Source: a virus (lineage: Duplodnaviria; Caudoviricetes). Taken from it: a DNA stretch of 64,000 bases. The stretch covers positions 32,001-96,000 of the IMG/VR virus record IMGVR_UViG_3300032007_000023. One strand, 5' to 3'. This document shows, in pieces, positions 30,253 through 38,282 of this stretch. Below the pieces are notes generated by a model. The model worked only from the letters and a program-made list of their open reading frames with translations, did no database searches and was not told the origin of the DNA. The position numbers and the translations under genes were made by a program. The number at the start of each line of letters is the position of its first letter. The first letter of the stretch is position 1.

Positions 30253-31440
30253 ATGAAAAAACTCATAAATCCAATCATCAACAAAGCAGTTGGTAAACTT
30301 GGTCAGTTTATCAACAATCAAAACATGTACATCATCAATGTTGATGACATCATGTTCAAAGCACAACCGATTCTCAACAAATGTTTCTGGAATATTCCAG
30401 AAAATATAACAGCAACACAATCGTCACAAATCAAAGGAACTCTCGATTTCAGATATGAGACACTTGTGAATGAGGAACTCATGATGACATGCATTACCAT
30501 GTATCATGGAACGCCGATTTGGCTGTGGAGTATCACAAAGAAATCTGGAAGACACTCATATCCTTGTCATTTCATGAAAACAATTCGAACAAAACGTAAT
30601 GTCAAGAATCTTCATGAGTTTCTTGAGAAGATCACTGTCAAAGGTGTCAAAGCTCAGGAAAAGAACTGGGGTAAAAATATAATGATTCATAAGAACAATG
30701 AAACATTTGTTTCTTATTGTACTCCAAAGCTGAGATCTTTTGATGATGTATTCTTAACATCAGAACAGAAGACTCAGATAATTGATTCTCTTGATAAGTT
30801 TATCAGCAGAAGAGATTGGTATCTTGAAAACGGAATACCGTATCACTTCGGAATTCTGCTTTATGGTCCTGCTGGTACTGGCAAATCATCTATTGCGCAA
30901 GCGATCGCAAGATACACTAAATCTACTGCTGATTTCATATATGGAGATGACGTCTTCGATCTTCCTAGAATGCTGGGTAGAGATATTCCTACCGACACAA
31001 TGACAGAACATTCTTACAGAACAATCGTTATTGAAGATATTGATTGTGGCTTCAAGGATGCGAGATCCTTATTTCTGAATAAGGATATCTCACCAGAGAA
31101 TCAAAAGGAAGAATTAAAACGTGGCTCAGGATTTGCTTCACTGCTTAATTCACTGGATGGTATCAATGCACCGACGAATACGATCTATGTGTTCACCACA
31201 AATCACATAGAGAAGCTTGACCCGGCTCTTGTTAGACCTGGACGTATTGATCTCAAGCTTGAGATTGGAGACGTTTGTAGGGAGACATTTGATATGTTCT
31301 GTCTCCGTCATTATGGTAAAACATATGATGGTGATATAAACTTTAAATCCGGCATAACATTTGCTAAACTGCAAAATGAAGTTATGGTGGGTAAATCATT
31401 AGACGAACTTGTGAAAGGGGTTTCGGATGATAATAACTGA
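30253..31440 (+). CDS. AAA+ ATPase, BCS1-like
   Basis: WY...GIPYHFGILLYGPAGTGKSS, Walker B IVIEDID, LLNSLDG, TTNHIEKLDPALVRPGRID. Confidence 0.88.
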   Translation: MKKLINPIINKAVGKLGQFINNQNMYIINVDDIMFKAQPILNKCFWNIPENITATQSSQIKGTLDFRYETLVNEELMMTCITMYHGTPIWLWSITKKSGRHSYPCHFMKTIRTKRNVKNLHEFLEKITVKGVKAQEKNWGKNIMIHKNNETFVSYCTPKLRSFDDVFLTSEQKTQIIDSLDKFISRRDWYLENGIPYHFGILLYGPAGTGKSSIAQAIARYTKSTADFIYGDDVFDLPRMLGRDIPTDTMTEHSYRTIVIEDIDCGFKDARSLFLNKDISPENQKEELKRGSGFASLLNSLDGINAPTNTIYVFTTNHIEKLDPALVRPGRIDLKLEIGDVCRETFDMFCLRHYGKTYDGDINFKSGITFAKLQNEVMVGKSLDELVKGVSDDNN

Positions 31441-31693
31441 TATAGTTCATACACGTATGAACGACTATTCTGAATTAGAAAATCTCATTGAACAGGAAGA
31501 CGGTAAAGGTGTAGTAACCTACAATGCATGCTACGGCTTAACGTATAAAATAATTCTTGAAAACCCCAGCGAGATATTATGGGTAAGAAGTATTATCAAT
31601 GACAAACCGGTTCCTGGTGAGTTTTTAAACAAGTTCGGCAAGGCGTTAAGTCTCGCACTTGGTGAATTTGTTAAGAAGACATTATTAGATTAA
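31427..31693 (+). CDS. Hypothetical protein
   Basis: 88-aa ORF overlapping the ATPase stop. Confidence 0.65.
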   Translation: MIITDIVHTRMNDYSELENLIEQEDGKGVVTYNACYGLTYKIILENPSEILWVRSIINDKPVPGEFLNKFGKALSLALGEFVKKTLLD

Positions 31694-31714
31694 TAAAAGA
31701 GGAGGTAACACGTG

Positions 31715-31870
31715 ATGAAAAAAGTTTTAATGCTTTTAGCTGGCATAGTATCATTAGCTACAGTCGCTTCGATTGCTGTAATAAGCTTGTCATGCGATAA
31801 GGTTGTTGACGCAGATGATGACGATGATGATTACAATGACGATGATTGCATCTACGTCAATTGTGATTAA
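31715..31870 (+). CDS. Small membrane-anchored acidic peptide (51 aa, MKKVLMLLAGIVSLATVASIAVISLSCDKVVDADDDDDD...)
   Basis: GAGGAGG RBS, N-terminal hydrophobic helix ending near LSC, poly-Asp tail. Not in the ORF track. Confidence 0.65.
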   Translation: MKKVLMLLAGIVSLATVASIAVISLSCDKVVDADDDDDDYNDDDCIYVNCD

Positions 31871-31881
31871 GATGGATATGA

Positions 31882-31903
31882 AGGGGTGGTTTAAACCACC
31901 CCT
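31882..31903 (+). terminator. Palindromic hairpin terminator
   Basis: AGGGGTGGTTTAAACCACCCCT perfect palindrome. Confidence 0.6.
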
Positions 31904-31921
31904 ACTATTCATTTTTTTCAT

Positions 31922-31939
31922 ATATATATTATTATAATG
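31922..31939 (+). promoter_or_regulatory. Early-type phage promoter
   Basis: ATATATATTATTATAATG. Confidence 0.65.
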
Positions 31940-31994
31940 CAAGAACAGAAAATATTCAACTCTTGCAAAATATAAATAAAGGAGGTCATCTATT

Positions 31995-32855
31995 ATGATG
32001 ACAATAAGAACAAGAGAATCAGATAAGAAAGAACTCGTAAAGGCTGTAAAGTATGCTGAAAAGCTTGGCTTTATTACAGCTGATCACCCGCGCCATCAGC
32101 CCAGTGTAAAAATTGTCACTGGTTCTGATATAAAAGTAATCACGCCTATTCATTTCGAAATAGGTGCTGATCGCCTGGTTGATATGTATCATCAGGTTAA
32201 AACACTTGGCCTTACAGGCAGAATCTGTCTTAAGGCTTTAGTTGATGCATGGAGTGCATTAACGAAATCACAGGCAGACGATCTGAGAAATTGCTGCTGG
32301 GTTTCCAGTTACTCAGCAACAGATCTGTTGACCTTCTTCTATGGCTGGTGTATCAATCAGATAGAAAAGCAACAGATTCAGATATCGTCACAGATATCAA
32401 AGTCCACAGCAAGGAATCTTTGGTATTCCTTAGGCGGTTATAAAGGACTTAAAACATTCTTTGCCGATGGACTGGAAATAACTTTAGTAGAATTCAGGCG
32501 CATAAGACGTCTTGAAGAAAAGTTAGAAGTTGCAAAGGATATCATCATTGATAATCCTGAGCTCAAAGGTGTTGAAACATACACCGAATTTAACCCATGT
32601 CTCACTTGCAAAAACTGCAAGGTGGACAAATACGGATGCAGAATCTGTAAGAATTATCTTATAGATATTCCGGAGACCATGACAGTTAAAGAGGTAAATA
32701 AGATTTATCCTTCCGCAGCTGTTATAAATTGCGGTAAATTAAAATCACAGTTTGTATTCCACAATCTTGGCGACTGCCAATTCCGCCAAGAGCGTATTGG
32801 CTGCAAGTCCAAGAAGTGTGAAACATCAATAATCAAATATTGTATAAATAATTAA
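31995..32855 (+). CDS. Hypothetical early protein with a Cys-rich C-terminus
   Basis: AAGGAGG RBS; PCLTCKNC...GCRIC and several further Cys residues. Confidence 0.75.
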   Translation: MMTIRTRESDKKELVKAVKYAEKLGFITADHPRHQPSVKIVTGSDIKVITPIHFEIGADRLVDMYHQVKTLGLTGRICLKALVDAWSALTKSQADDLRNCCWVSSYSATDLLTFFYGWCINQIEKQQIQISSQISKSTARNLWYSLGGYKGLKTFFADGLEITLVEFRRIRRLEEKLEVAKDIIIDNPELKGVETYTEFNPCLTCKNCKVDKYGCRICKNYLIDIPETMTVKEVNKIYPSAAVINCGKLKSQFVFHNLGDCQFRQERIGCKSKKCETSIIKYCINN

Positions 32856-32954
32856 CGAAATGGGATGTACCCAACACGGAGATCACGGACAAGTGGTAGC
32901 GTGTTGGGCAGACTATCGTAGGCAAGATAGGTATCAAACATCAGAAAAGAAAAG

Positions 32955-32996
32955 AAGAATTTACGGGGGCGTACAAGCCCCTACGAATTCTTTTTT
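32955..32996 (+). terminator. Intrinsic terminator
   Basis: AAGAATT..GGGGC-GTACAA-GCCCC..AATTCTT followed by a T-tract. Confidence 0.65.
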
Positions 32997-33014
32997 GTCT
33001 TTTAAAAGGTATCG

Positions 33015-33026
33015 AACGCTTTCATA
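33015..33026 (+). promoter_or_regulatory. Late-type promoter (AACN-N6-TA) for the tail-fibre operon
   Basis: AACG-CTTTCA-TA directly upstream of the structural operon. Confidence 0.45.
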
Positions 33027-33053
33027 AATGCTAATATGAAAGGAGTTGTTTTT

Positions 33054-33245
33054 ATGGCAAGAGATGCTAAACAACCTGTCACTTTTGATCTTACAGATAA
33101 TGATCAAGTTGCATTAGTACCATGGGAGTTCATTGTTGATAAGTTTGATACAATACTCTCTGGTGTAGTTTCAAATCTCGGTTCCATAGAAAGAGATCTC
33201 GGTAGAATAGAAACTAAGATTGATGAATGGATTTCTGAGCAATAA
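33054..33245 (+). CDS. Small hypothetical protein (coiled coil)
   Basis: Start reassigned to ATG 33054 behind AAGGAG. Confidence 0.7.
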   Translation: MARDAKQPVTFDLTDNDQVALVPWEFIVDKFDTILSGVVSNLGSIERDLGRIETKIDEWISEQ

Positions 33246-33270
33246 ATTTATAAGAAGGAGGTAAATCCAC

Positions 33271-33723
33271 ATGGCTGATCAGATGAATCAGATGGAAGAA
33301 ATATTCCAAAGTTTAAATGATGTTATAACAGCATTGGCAAGACGCGTCAATAGCCTTGCTAATAAAGTTGAACAACTCGAACACGGAGGCGGTGGTGGTG
33401 GAAATGCTACCGTAGAAGACTATGAGAGTGGTAAACTTTATAAAAGAAATACATTACTTGTTGACACAGCTACAGAAACACTGTATCGTGTTTCTTGCCA
33501 AACAGAATATACTTCTGTTTCGGTTGAATCCGATAGAATAGCTGGTAATCTTAAACTCATTGGTTTCGAATCTCAAGTTATTACTATTAACCACGAACCA
33601 TCACAGGCAGAACTCGATATGTTGCCAGAAGATTCACTTGTTGCTATATACTCAACATCTGCAAACAGATATATTCCTGTTATAAATGGAGACAATCCTA
33701 TCCAAGGTGATAATAATGGTTAA
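33271..33723 (+). CDS. Putative structural protein with a CBM5/12-like module
   Basis: Coiled coil, poly-Gly linker, then YESGKLYKRNTLLV...LYRV...YTS. Confidence 0.45.
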   Translation: MADQMNQMEEIFQSLNDVITALARRVNSLANKVEQLEHGGGGGGNATVEDYESGKLYKRNTLLVDTATETLYRVSCQTEYTSVSVESDRIAGNLKLIGFESQVITINHEPSQAELDMLPEDSLVAIYSTSANRYIPVINGDNPIQGDNNG

Positions 33724-33754
33724 TCTTATTTTTTGTAAAGAGGAGGTGATATAG

Positions 33755-36700
33755 ATGAGTGATATCTACGTTTACAAAGGAAAACTTTGGAAACCCGCAT
33801 TCACATTTAACTACACTGGATCACCACAAAAGATCACATTGGAACCAGGAGAATATCTTTTTGTGTGTAATGGTGCCAATGGCGGACTGTGTGCTGATTC
33901 TCCTTATGTAAATGAAGCACCCCATGGTGGAACATCATATGGTATTCTTGATCTTAAGAAGACATCAGATTTCTATGCCGTTGTCGGCGGAAATGGTGGT
34001 GACGGTTCAAAACTATCAGTTGGTACCGGTGGATATAATGGAGGTGCAAACGGTGGTGAAGGATATACTGGGTATTCTCATGGTGCTGGTGGTGGTGGCG
34101 CTACTGATATAAGACTCATTAATCCAAATGAAGCAGAGCCTGCTTCTGTTGTGTTAAAAAGATATGGGGTTCCTGATGAATATCAACCAGTTGAATATAT
34201 CGAATCATCGTACACGGGTCATCAATGGATAGATACACAATATATCCATGCAGCAAATACAAAAATCAAATTTGATATATTTACTACATTAGCCGGAGAT
34301 CATTATGATTTTGAGACACCTTTTGGTGCTCGAAATAATAGTGTGAGTTATAATGCATATTATATGTTTACGACGAACGTTGGTCAAAAACAAGTTGTTT
34401 ATGGAAGAACTGGTCAAGAAGCAATTAACAACGAATTTCCTTATGATGAGAAAATTCATGTAGAAGTATATCTCGCTGACATGAATATATATGACGAAAC
34501 CGGGACAACATTACGTACCACTATACACAATACTGGCACAATAAACAATGGTGTATGTAGTATGACATTATTCAATCTGAATATTGCTAATAGTAAAAAA
34601 ACATCTCTTTATGGTAACCAAACAGGATTCGTTGGTAAAATGTATAATTTCGGTATATATGAAGATGACGAACTCAAACATTATTTTGTTCCTGTGAGAA
34701 GGAAATCAGAAACATACGAATTCGATCTTGATATAACAGATATCGAACAAGGTACTGTCAGTAGTTCTGGTGATGACAGTTCATCAACCCGAATCAGAAC
34801 AAAGAGTTTTTACAGGGCTGATTGTTTTAAGGGTACACTCACATATGAAGCGTATGATATAAATGATAATCCACTTCAGTTATGTATTTCTGAATATAAC
34901 ATAGCAGACAAATCATCATCATATTTGATTGAGGATGGAGATTGGATTTCTGCGGGGTCATCTTATACATTCACAAGTCAATATACATCATACATCAGAT
35001 TTATATTTAAATACCCATCAGGTTCGTCTTTGAATCCATCCAAAATCAAATCATGTCATATAACAATATCAGATTGCCATTATGGAATGTTTGATGTAAT
35101 AGATCAATCATTCCATGCTAATAAATCTATGACCGAAAATTTCACATGTGGTGAAGATATAGAATTTGAAGATATCGTTGAGACAATAGAAACAGACACA
35201 TCCACATTATCCAGAATAATCGTTGCTGGTGGTGCTGGAGGTACTGCGGCACAAAAAGGACAGGATGTCGGTATTCCATCATATTTTGGTATAGGCGGTG
35301 GAGCCGTAGGCGGTGCTGTTGCATCCAATGCACAAGATACCAACAATGCAAAATATGCAGACCAAATATCTGGATATAAATTCGGTTCTGGTATGGTACC
35401 TGTCCCCAAAACAGAAATCCGAAACTGGGGTGCTGAAGGCGCCGGTGGTGGAGGAGGAGGCTGGTACGGTGGATATGCATCAGCCGCATCTGTCATGGAA
35501 AATTCTTGTTGTAATGGCGGTGGTGGTTCTGGATATGTTTTAACAGAAGAATCATATAAGCCTGAATGGTATGAAGAATATATCAGTAATGAATATTATT
35601 TTACATATCCATGTATGACAGGAGGTACTTCTGACAACCCATCAGTTATAATATGCAAACGAAGAAGCAGTTACAATACCGGAGATAAACTCATTTTCCC
35701 GTGTATCGGTGATTATGAACAATGCACCCTTGACATCGGTAATTATCTGATAAAATGTTGGGGTGGTGATGGTGGTCCTCGATATGCTATATCATCAACA
35801 CCTCGTGGTGGATATGCTGAAGGAAGATTAAGTTTAAAAGAACCGACACAAATATTTGTGAATGTCGGTGGTTCTGGAATAAGATCCACTTTCGATTACC
35901 AAAGTTCTTTAATGTGTACACCATCTCTTATTTTTAATGGCGGTGGTCCTGCACCGGAGTTAAACGACATAAGATCGTCCTTTGGTGGAGGTGGTACTGA
36001 TGTAAGATTATTACAAAATACCTTTTATCATCGTTTAATTGTTGCCGGTGGAGCTGGAGGACATGGTGCTGGAGAAACCGCCAATAATAGTTTCGGTGGA
36101 GCAGGTGGTGGTCTCTCGGGTGGTAATGGAGCAGGATCATACGGTAGTGTTCCAGGACCAGGAACACAAACATCATCACCACAAGGATCTGACGTTGGTG
36201 GCGGTTTCGGTTATGGAGGAACTGGATCAACACGAGGCGGTGCTGGTTTTGGTGGATCAGGTGGCGGAGGCTGGTATGGTGGTTCTGGCTGTTATCCTGA
36301 CAAATATACTGATGATGACCGTGGTGGTGCAGGTGGTTCTGGATATGTTTTAACAGAAGATTCATATAAACCCGACGGATATATGTTAGGTGAAAAGTAT
36401 TACCTGACAGACACGTTACTTGTTACGGGAGACACATCACATCGTTATGGACAATCCAAGGTAGAAATCATCGTTGAAGAAGTGCATAACCAAAAGATGT
36501 TGTGTTATGATGAGGAAGGTACTAAGACTTTTAATACAGAAACACAATCTTGGGAATTCATTTCAAATACACCACCAACTAGTGATGATTTAAATACATA
36601 CGGTGTTTATCTTGTTAATTCCGATGAAGGATTATTGGATAATTATTCAATATATATTTATGATACCGGAGGTAGTGGTATCAACGATTGTTCCTTTAAT

Positions 36701-38257
36701 GTAATACCTACAAAACAGACTATACTTGTTGATGAAAAAACAAATAATTTTGTTACGGATTTAATATTAGACGGTGATGTTGATGAAGAAACTGTTGATA
36801 TATCATTGACAAGTACACGTAAATATATCGATAATGAATCATATGTTGAATTGATAATGAATGTGGATATCAAGGATATTCCAAAGATAGACACAAAAAT
36901 CTATGCTGTATACGCATTCACCAAAGGTATTATGAATCACGATCCTACACCACATCCTAAGCCAAAGACTCTGGAACATATAGATCTATTGTCTGTTGGT
37001 ATTGGTAATAGAATGCCATATAGGTATAAATCATATCTGGGTGGATTTATATCTGATGGACAAGAAGCAATAACATCAATAAATTCATCTATTTCATATG
37101 AACACAACAGAAATGTTTATTCTGCAATATTATGTAATGATAAGATAGTTAGGTTTACAAAATTAAATCTTCTAACGAACACATCAACTATCATACGTGA
37201 TGTTTCCAAGGCTGTCTTAGGAAATGCATATTACGGTGGATTTGTTGTTGATGATAATTTCATGTATTTAACATCTTCTAATGAAGATAATAGAATATGG
37301 AAAATACCGTTAGATCCAACTGACCAGAATATCGAAACTATTGCAACACCCGACTCTAATAAAGCTATAGTATGTTATGGAAAAATAGATTGGTATGACG
37401 ATCACACAATTGTTATGTGTCACCGTCGTAGAGGTATATGGTTATATGATACAATTAAAAATAAATGGACCGAAAAACCTCAGGGAGAAAATACAAATGA
37501 TATTCGTGGCGATTTCGCAATTGGTGATAAATATCTAATATCAACATATTATGATTCATCGAAGTCTGTATGGATTGTTGATGTCGAAAATAATCAATGG
37601 TATGATATGACAAAAACATATTATACATTTCCAAACAATGAAATCAAGATTGTTTGTTATGGTGATGGCAAATTTTATTTTGCACAAAAGTCATACATAT
37701 ATGTCATGGATGAAGAAAATATCAAGAATCATTTGGAATCTGGTGTTGAAGTAAATGTAAAACGAATAGCGGCATCATACGGATCATCAATACCCAGGAC
37801 AATAAGCTATGTCAATGGATTATTGTATATAACATTGAGGAGTTCCAATCTGTTATATATCTATGATATTAAAACAGATACCTTTAGATCCACACTACTG
37901 GAGTTCACACAATTATGGGACTATCCATATCGTGCGGGTTATCATATACCAACAACGGTTGATGGCGGCTATTTCTTTATTGCCGATTTACGATTATTCG
38001 TAATAAATCTCGGTGACTATGCAAAATATAACATGGGATACAAATTTAATCAAATTCAATATATAATGAATATTGATAATATCGATAAATTTACATACGA
38101 TGATAGATTTGTTTCATTCCATGATTCATATATTTTGATTCATGCTGGAGATATTATCAAACCGGCAATTAGAATTGACGAAAATGTATACCGTGTTGAT
38201 ATTAGTAAAACCGAGTATAACAAACTCATTAGTTTTACTACAAACATTAGTGATTAA
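33755..38257 (+). CDS. Glycine-rich tail fibre/receptor-binding protein (two ALK/LTK-like Gly-rich domains, LamG-like insert, C-terminal beta-propeller-like region)
   Basis: FNYTG..Q..TL..G.Y....GA.GG, GYNGG, GGGG.TD.RL, RIIVAGG.GG, GGGGGWYGG and GGSGYV each occur twice; YQPVEYIES...QWIDT is LamG-like. Confidence 0.75.
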   Translation: MSDIYVYKGKLWKPAFTFNYTGSPQKITLEPGEYLFVCNGANGGLCADSPYVNEAPHGGTSYGILDLKKTSDFYAVVGGNGGDGSKLSVGTGGYNGGANGGEGYTGYSHGAGGGGATDIRLINPNEAEPASVVLKRYGVPDEYQPVEYIESSYTGHQWIDTQYIHAANTKIKFDIFTTLAGDHYDFETPFGARNNSVSYNAYYMFTTNVGQKQVVYGRTGQEAINNEFPYDEKIHVEVYLADMNIYDETGTTLRTTIHNTGTINNGVCSMTLFNLNIANSKKTSLYGNQTGFVGKMYNFGIYEDDELKHYFVPVRRKSETYEFDLDITDIEQGTVSSSGDDSSSTRIRTKSFYRADCFKGTLTYEAYDINDNPLQLCISEYNIADKSSSYLIEDGDWISAGSSYTFTSQYTSYIRFIFKYPSGSSLNPSKIKSCHITISDCHYGMFDVIDQSFHANKSMTENFTCGEDIEFEDIVETIETDTSTLSRIIVAGGAGGTAAQKGQDVGIPSYFGIGGGAVGGAVASNAQDTNNAKYADQISGYKFGSGMVPVPKTEIRNWGAEGAGGGGGGWYGGYASAASVMENSCCNGGGGSGYVLTEESYKPEWYEEYISNEYYFTYPCMTGGTSDNPSVIICKRRSSYNTGDKLIFPCIGDYEQCTLDIGNYLIKCWGGDGGPRYAISSTPRGGYAEGRLSLKEPTQIFVNVGGSGIRSTFDYQSSLMCTPSLIFNGGGPAPELNDIRSSFGGGGTDVRLLQNTFYHRLIVAGGAGGHGAGETANNSFGGAGGGLSGGNGAGSYGSVPGPGTQTSSPQGSDVGGGFGYGGTGSTRGGAGFGGSGGGGWYGGSGCYPDKYTDDDRGGAGGSGYVLTEDSYKPDGYMLGEKYYLTDTLLVTGDTSHRYGQSKVEIIVEEVHNQKMLCYDEEGTKTFNTETQSWEFISNTPPTSDDLNTYGVYLVNSDEGLLDNYSIYIYDTGGSGINDCSFNVIPTKQTILVDEKTNNFVTDLILDGDVDEETVDISLTSTRKYIDNESYVELIMNVDIKDIPKIDTKIYAVYAFTKGIMNHDPTPHPKPKTLEHIDLLSVGIGNRMPYRYKSYLGGFISDGQEAITSINSSISYEHNRNVYSAILCNDKIVRFTKLNLLTNTSTIIRDVSKAVLGNAYYGGFVVDDNFMYLTSSNEDNRIWKIPLDPTDQNIETIATPDSNKAIVCYGKIDWYDDHTIVMCHRRRGIWLYDTIKNKWTEKPQGENTNDIRGDFAIGDKYLISTYYDSSKSVWIVDVENNQWYDMTKTYYTFPNNEIKIVCYGDGKFYFAQKSYIYVMDEENIKNHLESGVEVNVKRIAASYGSSIPRTISYVNGLLYITLRSSNLLYIYDIKTDTFRSTLLEFTQLWDYPYRAGYHIPTTVDGGYFFIADLRLFVINLGDYAKYNMGYKFNQIQYIMNIDNIDKFTYDDRFVSFHDSYILIHAGDIIKPAIRIDENVYRVDISKTEYNKLISFTTNISD

Positions 38258-38282
38258 TAAAACAATAATGGAGGATGATATA

